Shown: positions 52,136-64,000 of the stretch, piece by piece
How the letters are laid out: every line of letters starts with the position of its first letter
How positions within the stretch are numbered: position 1 is the first letter of the stretch
Origin: Macrostomum lignano
Taxonomy: Eukaryota
NCBI GenBank assembly: GCA_002269645.1
Contig: NIVC01001948.1
Coordinates: 1 to 64,000, forward strand
DNA: 64,000 nt
Direction: 5' to 3'
Notes under the pieces: generated by a model
The model's database searches: none
Told to the model about the DNA's origin: nothing
Seen by the model: only the letters and a program-made list of their open reading frames with translations
Position numbers and translations under genes: made by a program

Positions 52136-52257
52136 CTGTAGGTTAATTACTGTCTGTAAAAGGTGCGACACTTCAAGACTGAAGATCCAAGCACAGTGTT
52201 TAAGGGCCAACAATACTTAAATAATATCAGGCTAGGATGAGATAGGACGGACAGAAG

Positions 52258-53820
52258 TGAGAGGGGAACGGAGAGGGGAACAGAGAGGGGAACAGAGAGG
52301 GGAACAGAGGGGAACAGAGGGGACCAGAGGGGAACAGAGAGGGGAACAGAGGGGAACAGAGGGGACCAGAGGGGAACAGAGAGGGGAACAGAGAGGGGAC
52401 CAGAGGGGACCAGAGAGGGGACCAGAGGGGAACAGAGAGGGGACCAGAGAGGGGACCAGAGGGGAACAGAGAGGGGAACTGAGAGGGGAACAGAGAGGGG
52501 ACCAGAGGGGAACAGAGAGGCGACCAGAGAGGGGACCAGAGGGGACCAGAGAGGGGACCAGAGGGGAACAGAGAGGGGAACAGAGAGGGGACCAGAGGGG
52601 ACCAGAGAGGGGACCAGAGGGGAACAGAGGGGACCAGAGGGGAACAGAGAGGGGAACAGAGGGGAACAGAGGGGACCAGAGGGGAACAGAGAGGGGAACA
52701 GAGAGGGGACCAGAGGGGACCAGAGAGGGGACCAGAGGGGAACAGAGAGGGGACCAGAAAGGGGACCAGAGGGGAACAGAGAGGGGAACAGAGAGGGGAC
52801 CAGAGGGGACCAGAGAGGGGACCAGAGGGGAACAGAGAGGGGAACTGAGAGGGGAACAGAGAGGGGACCAGAGGGGAACAGAGAGGCGACCAGAGAGGGG
52901 ACCAGAGGGGACCAGAGAGGGGACCAGAGGGGAACAGAGAGGGGAACAGAGAGGGGACCAGAGAGGGGACCAGAGGGGAACAGAGAGGGGAACTGAGAGG
53001 GGAACAGAGAGGGGACCAGAGAGGGGACCAGAGGGGAACAGAGAGGCGACCAGAGAGGGGACCCGAGGGGAACAGAGAGGGGACCAGAGAGGGGACCAGA
53101 GGGGACCAGAGAGGGGACCAGAGGGGAACAGAGAGGGGAACTGAGAGGGGAACAGAGAGGGGACCAGAGAGGGGACCAGAGGGGACCAGAGAGGGGACCA
53201 GAGGGGAACAGAGAGGGGAACAGAGAGGGGACCAGAGGGGAACAGAGAGGGGAACAGAGAGGGGACCGGAGGGGAACAGAGAGGGGAACACAGAGGGGAC
53301 CAGAGGGGACCAGAGAGGGGACCAGAGGGGACCAGAGAGGGGACCAGAGGGGAACAGAGAGGGGAACAGAGAGGGGACCAGAGGGGACCAGAGAGGGGAC
53401 CAGAGGGGACCAGAGAGGGGATCAGAGGGGAACAGAGGGGAACAGAAAGGGGAACAGAGAGGGGACCAGAGGGGACCAGAGGGGACCAGAGAGGGGACCA
53501 GAGAGGGGACCAGAGGGGACCAGAGAGGGGACCAGAGGGGAACAGAGAGGGGAACAGAGAGGGGACCAGAGAGGGGAACAGAGAGGGGACCAGAGGGGAC
53601 CAGAGAGGGGACCAGAGGGGAACAGAGAGGGGACCAGAGAGGGGACCAGAGAGGGGACCAGAGGGGACCAGAGAGGGGACCAGAGGGGACCAGAGGGGAA
53701 CAGAGAGGGGACCAGAGAGGGGACCAGAGGGGAACAGAGAGGGGAACAGAGAGGGGACCAGAGAGGGGACCAGAGGGGAACAGAGAGGGGACCAGAGGGG
53801 ACCAGAGAGGAACGGAGGGA
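52258..53820. repeat. 10/12-bp purine-rich minisatellite (GGGGACCAGA(GA) / GGGGAACAGA(GA))
   Basis: Direct reading. Confidence 0.95.
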
Positions 53821-54529
53821 AACAGAAACGAAGAAGTGAACAATAAAATAAGTAACACACCACAAAAAGCCAAAAGTCCATTTACCGCAAAAAGCCAGTG
53901 CAACAAGCTTGCACAATGAGTTACTTTGCAACCATTTTTTAGCAGAAAAATCTACGTAAGCAAAATTGAACAGAGTGTTGGTATGTATTAATTGATAAAA
54001 GAGACAGACACTAAAGCACTAAAGATACAATTTACAGCGAGAAATAACGGGTCAAGTTTTAAATGTTTTTACACTGATGACGCGTACTATGATAACGATA
54101 TAACGAGACGATATTTACACAAACTAATGCAAGTAGCATTGTGATAGACTGTGTGCATTGTTTTGAGCTTGTGCAAAAGTTTATAAGTTGCTAGGATACG
54201 CACTTTACTACTATTATTAATATAGATTAGTAAAAATGCACTCTTAAATATGTTGTATAGAAATAGGAAAAAGTAAATAACAAAAAATGCCGTAATTTTC
54301 CGAGCCCCAAACATATGCTTACTCAGCTACTGTTAGTAGAAAAATTGGTAAATAGAAAAGCGACCTAAAAATGTCAAAACAAAAATCAAGTTAAGTACTG
54401 ACTGACTATAAAGTTGATTGAAAATGCTTATTTAGTGAACAACCACTATTGAGCCTGGGCTTTAGCAAAATAACGCAAAAGTACACCGACTAAGCTGTTA
54501 AATTGAGTTTTTCTTAGGCACAGGACAAA

Positions 54530-55292
54530 TAAAGAATACAGACACAGACAGACAAATACAGAATACAGACACAGACAGACAAATACAGAATACAGACACA
54601 GACAGACAAATACAGAATACAGACACACACAGACAAATACAGAATACAGACACAGACAGACAAATACAGAATACAGACACACACAGACAAATACAGAATA
54701 CAGACACAGACAGACAAATGCAGAATACAGACACAGACACAGACAGACAATTACAGACACAGACAGACAAATACAGAATATACAGACACAGACAGACAAA
54801 TGCAGAATACAGACACAGACAGACAAATACAGAATACAGACACACACAGACAAATACAGAATACAGACACAGACAGACAAATACAGACGACAGACACAGA
54901 CAGACAAATACAGAATACAGACACAGACAGACAAATACAGAATACAGACACACACAGACAAATACAGAATACAGACACAGACAGACAAATGCAGAATACA
55001 GACACAGACACAGACAGACAATTACAGACACAGACAGACAAATACAGAATATACAGACACAGACAGACAAATGCAGAATACAGACACAGACAGACAAATA
55101 CAGAATACAGACACACACAGACAAATACAGAATACAGACACAGACAGACAAATACAGACGACAGACACAGACAGACAAATACAGAATACAGACACAGACA
55201 GACAAATACAGAATACAGGCACAGACAGACAAATACAGAATACAGACACATGCAGACAAATACAGAATACAGACACAGAAAGACAGATAGAG
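54530..55292. repeat. 27-bp minisatellite (GACACAGACAGACAAATACAGAATACA)
   Basis: Direct reading. Confidence 0.94.
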
Positions 55293-55504
55293 AAAAAGGT
55301 TAAAACAGACACAGCAAAAGCACACTTACTTCATACTATTTAGAAACCATTTCAATTTTTGGCTTGGATCGCTAAATTAAAAAAGAGAAATCATCATTTT
55401 TACAAAGCCATTAGGCGTATAAAAATATTGACAGTTTTAGTGAAACCATTTTTCATAGCAACAAATTGCGTATTTATACTGAATGAACTACTAATCTATA
55501 CTAG

Positions 55505-58500
55505 TCAGTGCTGCTTATTCTTCAATAGCTGTTTCAATCTTTGATGCTCCCTAGGCTCCAGAAAGCCGACTAGCACCCTATCCATCACACGGATCGGGTG
55601 CTTCCGATAGCCGAATACTCGAACCCAATCAGACGGCACGTGTCTCACAGGTGGATTATTCTGTATCCGCTTGCTCCGCCTCACAGCCGCAGTAGCATTA
55701 GTGGCATTCGACAGTTCACTAGCCGACGCTAGACGATATTCGTCAACTTCGCTAGTTAACAATTTTACTTGTCTAAGCGTTGACATATCGAATTCCGTTA
55801 GGCCTTGCTCGACTGTGAAAAAATTGAAGCAATCCAACGGTAGCAGATTTGGCAACAGACTGACGCGCTCTACTTTGGCTTCTTTAGTAAGAAAATCGTG
55901 CGGATCGTAAAAGTATGAAGTTGCACTGAACTCGTTAGCGCTCTCTAGATCTTCAAAATTATCAAAAACTGCCGCCTTGTTTAGACTAGACAAGTCAGAC
56001 TGAGTCTGGGTGTCCGCGTCGCTGCAGCTTAGAGCTTCCGTTGCTTGGTTGACAGATTGAATTTCCTGTCGAGATTCTGCAACATCTTCAACTTGATGCT
56101 CTTGAAGTGTCCGTACTTCATCTGGTTCATGTTGATCGTAAACTAACGGCGACGGAGCTGGAACTGACACCCGTCTGGAAACTACTTTATCCAGTTGATG
56201 TTCGTCTTCATCAACATCCAAAATCGGAGATGGAGGCGCAACTGATCGAATATATAACTGTCTAACGGATGACTGATCCATAGTTTCCTCCGGTGCCACT
56301 GTATGAAAGATGTTGGACTCGTGCCAAGACGATAAATATTGACAACGCATAGCGGTATCGTCCACAGTGAATTCGGTTTCAGTCAGATAAGACTTAGCGA
56401 CGGTGAGACTGGTACCTGTCGCTCTTGCTCTCTGACGCTGACGAACAATCGATGGCAACAATTCGCGTCTAATAGAACTATTGTCAATGGTAGCCTGCGA
56501 CACTGTCGCGTACATATTCGACGCGTGTACAGAGTCAATGTATTGTCGACGAATGCTAGAATCATTGACAGTTACTAGGCACTCGGTTGCGTAGAGATTA
56601 GACGATTGCAAATCTGGTTGCGATTGGCTTTTGTAACTTGACACACCGTCGCACTGGATACCTTCCTCGACAAGCTCCACTGACCGTGGATTAGATGAAC
56701 TAATAATCGAACGAGGAACCATTGCAACTTTGTGAGGATCCGAGGACGCGGAAGCGTACCCAGTGGTGGTCGCACTGTCGCAAGACGTTGCTACGGGCAA
56801 AGTTGACACCACCGCTACAGCTGGCTGACAACGCATCGGACTCAACGAATGCTGAGACACCGAATGGACAACAGAACAAGTGCTAGAACCGGCTTCAACA
56901 ACATTAGCAAAATTCACAGCTTGACTACTTCTGACCTGTGCAGCATTGTTGATTTTAGCAGGAGAAGACGTTCGACAATCTTCTAGCTTCACACCTGCAG
57001 GCTGATCAGTGATAAATTGAGTTGCAGTTACTGCAGTTTTTCCCTCGGCAACCAAATCAGCTTTAAAATTTTGACTGTCAATTCCAGTTTGACTGTGCAG
57101 TGCTTCAGTGTTTGACTGTTGAATAATGGTGAACTCCGGCTGCATACATGGCAAGGTTTTATCATCGAGTCCAGACGATGTAACGAATGAAGATTTAGCG
57201 CGTTTAATCTTATCGCGATTGCTGGACTGGGATATCCTTGATGTGGAGTCACTGGATTGATAATCTGGTTTCTGAAGTAGCTTATCAATTACAGATGAAG
57301 AACTTTGCTGCCAAATCGATTCAGCATGTTGTGACGCTGCTGAGCCTAGAGACTTTACGCGATGGATGCTGCGGCCAAGAGAACAACCTACTTCAAGATT
57401 TTCAACCCTGGAATTTTTTAGCTGAAGCGTTTCAGAGGCCGAATTCCTGCGCAAAAGACTACGTCTGATAGAATTGGCAGGTTGCAGGCTCAGTCGAGTC
57501 GAGTCACTGATTTGCGATGTTTCGGGTTGCTGGCTCAGTTCGATTGCATCGAGATTCTGCGATCTGTCATGCGTACGACTTTTCAGATGACGACTTCCAC
57601 AGCCAAGCTGAGATTCGTTCGAATTATGACTTTTATTAGTCATCTCAAGCCTTTCGGGTTGCAGACTCTGTGGTAGTGAGTTGCTGTGTTGAGATCTCAC
57701 CGGTAGCAGACTCGGTTGGCTTGACACACTAAGCTGAGATCTCTTTGGTTGCAGACTCGGTCGTCCTGACTCATTAAGCTGAGATCTCTCTGGTTGCAGA
57801 TTCGGTCGGTTTGACTCACCAAGATGAGATATCTCTGGTTGCAGACTCGGTCGGTTTGACTCATTAAGCTGAGATCTCTCTGGTTGCAGACTCGGTCGGT
57901 TTGACTCACTAAGCTGAGATCTCACCGGTAGCAGACTCGGTCGTCCTGACTCACTAAGCTGAGATCTGTCTGGTTGCAGACTCGGTCGGTTTGACTCATT
58001 AAGCTGAGATCTCTCTGGTTGCAGACTCGGTCGTCCTGACTCACTAATCTGAGATCTCTCTGGCTGCAGACCCGGCCGTTGTGAGTCACCCATTTGAGAA
58101 CGCTCCTGTTTCAGACTCAGTCGCTTTGAGTCTTCGAGCTGAGATCTGTTCGGTTGCAGATTCAGTCGATTTGAGTCTCCAAGCTGAGATCTGTCTGGTT
58201 GCAGACTCAGCTGAATTGAATCACCAAGCTGAGATGCCTCTGGTTGTAGACTCAGTTGAATTGAGTCGCAAAACTGAGATCTGTCTGGTTGCAGACCCGG
58301 CCGTTGTGAGTCACACATTTGAGAACTCTCCTGTTTAAGACTTAGTCGGTTTGAGTCTTTATGCTGAGATCTCTCTGGTTGCAGACTCGATCGTCTTGAC
58401 TCACTAAGTTGAGTTTCTTCTGGTTGCAGACTCAGTCGGTTAGAATCTTCGTGCTGAGATCTGTCACGTTGCAGACTCGGCCGTTGTGAGTAGCTTATCT

Positions 58501-60847
58501 GAGATCTCTCTGGTTGCTGACTTGGTCGTCTTGACTCACTAAGCTGAGATCTGTCTGGTTGCAGACTCGGTCGGTTTGAGTCTCCGAGCTGTGAACTGTC
58601 TGGTTGCAGACTTAGTCGGTTTGAGTCTCCGAGCTGTGAACTGTCTGGTTGCAGACTTAGTCGGTTTGAGTCTCCGAGCTGTAAACTGCCTGGTTGCGGA
58701 CTCGGTCGGTTTGAGTCTCCAAGCTGAGATTTCTCTGGTTGTAGACTCAGATGAATTGAATCACCAAGCTGAGATCTGTCTGGTTGCAGACTCGATCGTC
58801 TTGACTCACTAAGCTGAGATTTCTCTGGTTTTAGACTCAGTTGACTTGCATCGCATATCCGAGATCTCTCTTGGTGTAGACTCGGTCGCGACTTGCTGGA
58901 TAGCTGAGACGCAACCGGTTGAAGCTGGACTTCATCATCGCAGAGCTCAGAAGTGGCACAAGCAAGACTGACGGCGACATTAGCTCGACTAGGTGTGCTT
59001 GCCTGGCAGTTATCATAGCTCTTTGACGCAGTTTTATCAGTACACTCGCCAGCTACTACTACTGATTCACCAGTAGTAGTAGACGATTTTGAATCATCCG
59101 ACGTTAAATCGCTGTCATTGCTACTGGATTGACTAAATGAATCATCTTGGCTGACATAAATACTGACGCCTAGAGCATCAGCTGAGTTAGTCGACAAACC
59201 AGAGTAGTGAGCACTGCTATAGGACCTAACCGAATCTGCTTTTTGTTTAACGACTGAGGCGCTTTCTACATTGGCTTGCGAATCAGACAGAGAAACGGCT
59301 CTCGGTTTACAACTCTGACTAGTTGAAGACGCAATTAACTCCTCTATCGACTGTCCATCGGCAAACTTTCGGTTTTGAGACTTCTGAGAAGTTGACAGAT
59401 CAGTGAGATTTTTTACTACAGACGATGAACTAAGCTGCTCTTTACAGCTAACACTTTTATTCGTCGATTCCACAGACTGATTAGTCAAGCCCCGATCAGC
59501 TGACCGACAGCTGTTGCGAAGTAAGCAACTTTTCAATAGGCTATTCCTTGCTGCAGCCAGTTTTCTACTGCGTTCTCTGCTGCGATCGAATTGACAGCAG
59601 CTGCGGCTGCCACCCTGGGCCGGAGCTGATGGAGCGCCAGATGCGGCAATAATTGCGCGCGGCTCAAGCGATTTATCGATGCTAGCTGACAGATTTAGAC
59701 TGGCTATAGCGGATTCGCAACCGGCAACCGATGCCATCGATGGTTGCTTTTGAGCTAATGCATCCGCTTTGATTGTTGAATCTATGTTAGTGCAGCTAGC
59801 AGCATCATCTGGCTGGTGAATATCATCAGACATGCTGACACATTCGCTTACACCGCTACTCTGCATAGCTATTGAATCTAACAATAGCGTCGCTTTACTT
59901 TTGCCGTCCAATCGTTTTTTAGTTCGTTGTCCACTTCTAGAGTGTCTAGCATCGGGTTCGGCGTCCTGCTTGGGACTTAGAGAGGCTAGGAGGTTGCTAT
60001 TCCTTTCATGACTCTTATTAGTCTTAGTTTGTCCACTCGTTGGCAACGATAATTTCTCAGCCGGCCTGGCGCGATCCCGACTGCGACCTCGTTGGTAAAC
60101 CATAGTGGACATTGCAAAATTTCCATACGCCGTTGCTTCACTGTCGCAAGCAATCGAAGATAAACTAAGATTTGGCGGAGCTCGATTAATCTGACTTTCC
60201 GTGGAGCCTACAGCTGTAGAGACAGTGGTCGCAGACGAGGCTACCAACGTTTTAGCAGATTTTGATTTGTTAACGACAGTAGGGGACTGCTTGACATCAG
60301 CTGCGGCTGCTACCCTTTCATTCTCTTTATCATCTGTCCCAGCGGTAGCATTGCTACTGTCTGCAAAGCTTACAGAAGATATTTTACGACGGTGACGACG
60401 CTTAACAACTCGGACAGCATTCTGCTTGGTGGCAGCAGCAGCAGCAGCAGAAGGTCGAGAAGTGATGGCGGGGCTACGCAGTAAGGAACTGCTTAAAGTC
60501 GGACAGTTAACCGTACTGTTTGGAGAATCAGTCAAGCCTGTCTGACCGCGTCTTTTAGATTGCCTTTTGTTCCCGCCAAGGGATTCTACATGGCTAACAG
60601 CAAGAGTGCTATCTAAAGCTTCTACTAAATGAGCCTGCTGGTCCTGTTGCTGCGACTGTTGTTGGTTTACTTGAGGACAAATCTGCTTCTGAATGACAGC
60701 TACAGAGCTCAGAGCCAGTGTTGTTTCTGGTGATAAATCAATTCGACTAAGTCGCATCTGTTGCCTATTAGCCTTGCTAACTCTGCCATTGTTGCTGCGA
60801 GGTTGCCGTTTGACTTTCTGAGCCCGACTGGCGCATCGGGTTTTCAT
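55505..60847 (-). CDS. Uncharacterised 1780-aa Ser/Gln-rich, largely disordered protein with an internal 15-aa tandem repeat
   Basis: 5343-nt ATG-initiated stop-free ORF. Most of it is non-repetitive, so its length is not a repeat artefact, and the repeat units diverge while keeping frame. No family recognised; additional 5' exons are possible. Confidence 0.85.
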   Translation of the reverse strand: MKTRCASRAQKVKRQPRSNNGRVSKANRQQMRLSRIDLSPETTLALSSVAVIQKQICPQVNQQQSQQQDQQAHLVEALDSTLAVSHVESLGGNKRQSKRRGQTGLTDSPNSTVNCPTLSSSLLRSPAITSRPSAAAAAATKQNAVRVVKRRHRRKISSVSFADSSNATAGTDDKENERVAAAADVKQSPTVVNKSKSAKTLVASSATTVSTAVGSTESQINRAPPNLSLSSIACDSEATAYGNFAMSTMVYQRGRSRDRARPAEKLSLPTSGQTKTNKSHERNSNLLASLSPKQDAEPDARHSRSGQRTKKRLDGKSKATLLLDSIAMQSSGVSECVSMSDDIHQPDDAASCTNIDSTIKADALAQKQPSMASVAGCESAIASLNLSASIDKSLEPRAIIAASGAPSAPAQGGSRSCCQFDRSRERSRKLAAARNSLLKSCLLRNSCRSADRGLTNQSVESTNKSVSCKEQLSSSSVVKNLTDLSTSQKSQNRKFADGQSIEELIASSTSQSCKPRAVSLSDSQANVESASVVKQKADSVRSYSSAHYSGLSTNSADALGVSIYVSQDDSFSQSSSNDSDLTSDDSKSSTTTGESVVVAGECTDKTASKSYDNCQASTPSRANVAVSLACATSELCDDEVQLQPVASQLSSKSRPSLHQERSRICDASQLSLKPEKSQLSESRRSSLQPDRSQLGDSIHLSLQPEKSQLGDSNRPSPQPGSLQLGDSNRLSLQPDSSQLGDSNRLSLQPDSSQLGDSNRPSLQPDRSQLSESRRPSQQPERSQISYSQRPSLQRDRSQHEDSNRLSLQPEETQLSESRRSSLQPERSQHKDSNRLSLKQESSQMCDSQRPGLQPDRSQFCDSIQLSLQPEASQLGDSIQLSLQPDRSQLGDSNRLNLQPNRSQLEDSKRLSLKQERSQMGDSQRPGLQPERSQISESGRPSLQPERSQLNESNRPSLQPDRSQLSESGRPSLLPVRSQLSESNRPSLQPERSQLNESNRPSLQPEISHLGESNRPNLQPERSQLNESGRPSLQPKRSQLSVSSQPSLLPVRSQHSNSLPQSLQPERLEMTNKSHNSNESQLGCGSRHLKSRTHDRSQNLDAIELSQQPETSQISDSTRLSLQPANSIRRSLLRRNSASETLQLKNSRVENLEVGCSLGRSIHRVKSLGSAASQHAESIWQQSSSSVIDKLLQKPDYQSSDSTSRISQSSNRDKIKRAKSSFVTSSGLDDKTLPCMQPEFTIIQQSNTEALHSQTGIDSQNFKADLVAEGKTAVTATQFITDQPAGVKLEDCRTSSPAKINNAAQVRSSQAVNFANVVEAGSSTCSVVHSVSQHSLSPMRCQPAVAVVSTLPVATSCDSATTTGYASASSDPHKVAMVPRSIISSSNPRSVELVEEGIQCDGVSSYKSQSQPDLQSSNLYATECLVTVNDSSIRRQYIDSVHASNMYATVSQATIDNSSIRRELLPSIVRQRQRARATGTSLTVAKSYLTETEFTVDDTAMRCQYLSSWHESNIFHTVAPEETMDQSSVRQLYIRSVAPPSPILDVDEDEHQLDKVVSRRVSVPAPSPLVYDQHEPDEVRTLQEHQVEDVAESRQEIQSVNQATEALSCSDADTQTQSDLSSLNKAAVFDNFEDLESANEFSATSYFYDPHDFLTKEAKVERVSLLPNLLPLDCFNFFTVEQGLTEFDMSTLRQVKLLTSEVDEYRLASASELSNATNATAAVRRSKRIQNNPPVRHVPSDWVRVFGYRKHPIRVMDRVLVGFLEPREHQRLKQLLKNKQH
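57480..58900 (-). repeat. 45-bp coding tandem repeat (15 aa, consensus SQLGDSNRPSLQPER), about 26-30 copies
   Basis: Plus-strand unit GCTGAGATCTGTCTGGTTGCAGACTCGGTCGGTTTGACTCATTAA; in frame within the 1780-aa ORF. Confidence 0.93.
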
Positions 60848-63800
60848 GTCTGGTTTTTGGCGACCAATTTAATTGGCTGGCTGTAAATTGTTGTTTTTTA
60901 ATTTCAGTTAAAACTGTATAAGGGCCAATTTTTAGAAAAGCATGAAACCTAGATGTGTTGTTAAATAACAAAACAGACTGGCTTAAATAAGCTTGATAAT
61001 CATAACAATGGCACAGCTTGGCCCATTAATTGTATCAATCTATTTTATCATTCTTAGCTTTTTGACTGAGTAGTGAGTACCAAAATGATAAGAGAAACAA
61101 AGTCATGTCAAACATAAAAGCCATCATGTAAAACATAAAATAAACTTCAAACATAAAAGTAGCATAAGGTAACACATAAAAGAAATGTCATCTAATATAT
61201 AACAGAAGCATCATGTCAAATATAAAGGAAGTGTGAAGTCAAGCATACAAGAAGTGTCATTTAAATTTTTTTATATCTTTGGATGTTAGTGTTTATGGGG
61301 ACAATTGCTGCAATTTTGAGGCTTATTGGGGGAAGTTGCTAAGATCTCAAGGCTTACTCCATGGCAAGATTGCTACTAATGTTCAAACAGATCTTCCATA
61401 TATAGTTTTGTTCAATGAATGCTTTCTTTTTCCCATGTGATATTAATCTCATATTTGAAAAAAATGCCACATACCTTTCCTATCAGAATAACTTTACTAG
61501 GCCTAGCCAAAGCTAAAGTTAGTTATTTGCTAGCATGTGGGTAGCTCTATAAATAACATTTATTCAACATAGCTACGTGTGGAGGATCCATTTTAATATT
61601 AGTAGATATATACATGCACATATTGTTGGAAGCCAAATGTAGCTTGCATTTTTGCTTATATAAAAAGCCTTGTTAGCCTTATACAGATATGATCATGAAA
61701 AAAGTCTGGAATGATTTTAGGCAGTCATTTTTGGCAGTCACTTTGCTGGCAGTCATCTTGCTAGTAGTCAAATTGCCATAGTAATTTTGTTGGCAGTTAA
61801 ATTGTCTGCAATCAAATTTATTGCAGTCAAATTGTTGGCAGTCATTTGATTGCAATCATTTTTTGGTAGTCTAACTATCCACAGTCAAATTGTAGCTAGT
61901 CTTAAGTATACATTATATATATTTAACATTTTTGCCTTGTATACTATAATAAGTAAAAGCATATTTATATTATATACACTAGTAGACCATGAAGGGAAAT
62001 AGACCAAAAAGAAAGTCAAATAGATAACTAAGGCTTGAGAATCAATTGTAACATAGCATTGGCAATACTATATATGGGAATTTGTAGTCATGCCAAAAAT
62101 CTTATTGTACTCCTTATTATATTCATACAGATATATGAATACCACCTAGGATCTTTTTATACAATAGTGCACTTAGCATACAATACTATAAAACATTGCA
62201 TATAAGAATCTTAGTATCTTTGAGAAAATGCCATTTAATGCCATTCAATATTTTTACTTATTTAAAATGAAATTATATAATTTGAACCCTTAGCCATTTT
62301 ATTGATTTGAACTAGCTAAAAATACTAAAGGTATAATTCAATATAGAAGCCTAAATAGCTTCTTATCACTGCTTAAAAATCTTGCAAATTAAAAAATTAT
62401 ACAGCCATAGGCCTTTAATTAAAAAAATTCCATTGTAAAAATCTATTTTAGTTTACATTTTCTATCTTTGTCATTAAGGCTATGTTTATAAACTATTTAA
62501 GCTACTTTTTTCTTTAATTATTAGGGCCTAACTATAACTACAGTGACTATTTTTGTGACTACTATATTGGCCCTAATAATAAGTCCAATTCAATTCATAA
62601 CTAAAAAGCTTAAGCTTGATTTGCAAAACAAAAACTTTTGATAATTTTATATTTAAACATCATTAGGTTAGGCCTATCAACTAAGTCTAAAATTCGATCA
62701 GATTGGTATAAGCCATTTTTAGGCCTACAACAAGTTATTGTAGTGACAAATTTTTTGGTAAAAAACATTTTTAGATGACAAATTGCTTGTGATAAACATG
62801 TCACTTTTAGTAAAAAAGGAAACCATTTGTTGTGGTAGGGTTTCCTAGAAAAGCTTTTATTCAAATATATGCATAACAATTTATATGTTGTTTTACTTTT
62901 CTAAATATTTTCCAATAATAGCCTTTTGTATTTAAATATACTTTTCACAATCAGTATAAAAAGGGAGCAAAGTTTAGGAGAGAAAAGACAACTTGCTATT
63001 ACAAATTAAATCGTTACAGCTAGTTCAATAATACATGTTTGCTAAATTGTTCTCAGATCTTTAAAGCATTATTCATTTTACCAGTAAGAGATTCTAAGAG
63101 CGTTTCAAAGAAAGTGTGCTAAAGAATAGAGAGAGAGAAATCGGGAATTCATGCAAAAGCAGTATTAAGAGTGATCATTATGACCCTCTAATCTCGGCAA
63201 CGCCCAGACTGGAGAAAGAAAAGCACATATACCAGTAGACTGCTTAGGCCATAAAAAGTATAAGAAGGCTACCAGAATATTACTAAGGATGCTACCAGAA
63301 TATATTCAAATGAAATTCTAAGAAATAGTAGAAATATTAGCATAGAAATTAAACACCTATTACAACTTTGGTAGCAGCTTGTAGGATATTTAATAAACAC
63401 TAGCATCAATAGTTTAGGAGTTTAGAAAGATAGCCAAAAGCCCTGTCACAGTTGGTAGTCATTTTAGAGATATGCATTTCAGGTTCAGGATTTTATACTA
63501 TTATATGCCAGAATGAAAATTGCCTTTGTAGCTTATTTATGCCAATGTATGCCAACAAACTTTTCATTGCATATAAAATATACTAAAATGAAAATTATGA
63601 CCAATTTTAGGTGGATGCAAAATTTTAATATTTATAAAACTAGTAGGTAAAAACCAGTAAATGTTTTACTAAATTGCATAGAACAAGTTCATTTCAACTT
63701 TTTCATTTGTTCAACCTATAACTTTTTAGAAAAGTTTTTTATTTAGTTTTCCATTTTTGGAAAGATCAGAAGCTATTCTTTCTAATAAAAAATTAGCTAC

Positions 63801-64000
63801 TATAACTATGTACATAAAGACTATACAACTATACCAAACATAAACTTATATGTTAGTTGAGTATTATTGGGACTTGGAACTTTTGGAGTTTTGGTAACAG
63901 CTACTATCTTGGCAATCTTTATATGCCAATATATATGCCAAGAGGGCATGCTAGGCCCCTCTGTATGCCAAGTTATATGCAAATAATGTATTTTAAGTCC

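Noticed and set aside
55600-55690. CENP-C-like motif (VRRSKR...P) in the giant ORF; KNL1-like SVSF/SLLK motifs further upstream
   Set aside because: It lacks the diagnostic aromatic YW pair at the right spacing, has no true RVxF motif and has no MELT repeats.
60900-64000. AT-rich terminal region with weak GGCAGTCA repeats (61730-61870)
   Set aside because: No supportable gene or element; probably intron or intergenic DNA upstream of the giant ORF.

Overview
Eukaryotic (metazoan) genomic DNA, not prokaryotic. GC-richer spliced exons are separated by introns and intergenic spacers packed with about 30 different tandem arrays (units 2-45 bp, roughly 40% of the window by my estimate). This architecture suggests a free-living flatworm such as Macrostomum, but that is an inference only. 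Five protein genes are supported. (1) A CYP2-clan cytochrome P450 (minus strand, runs off the left edge) with an apparent 1-nt frameshift in exon 2. (2) An atypical rhodopsin-class peptide-receptor-like GPCR (minus, 3 coding exons). (3) A MATE/SLC47 transporter (plus, 3 exons, 627 aa). (4) A 9-exon FRMD4/CCDC120/INAVA-like CUPID coiled-coil protein apparently lacking most of the FERM domain (minus, about 746 aa). (5) A 1780-aa single-ORF Ser/Gln-rich protein containing a 15-aa SQ-repeat block (minus). Mobile elements: three copies of a hAT-like non-autonomous element carrying a 21-bp minisatellite at very different expansion states, and one tRNA-derived CORE-type SINE. Most long ORFs in the supplied track are artefacts of stop-free repeats. 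The best leads are the minisatellite-carrying MITE family, a GGCGCYAA core shared by four arrays, arrays abutting splice sites, and the SQ-repeat giant protein. Exon models were derived by hand from GT/AG sites and phase matching, with no transcript evidence.
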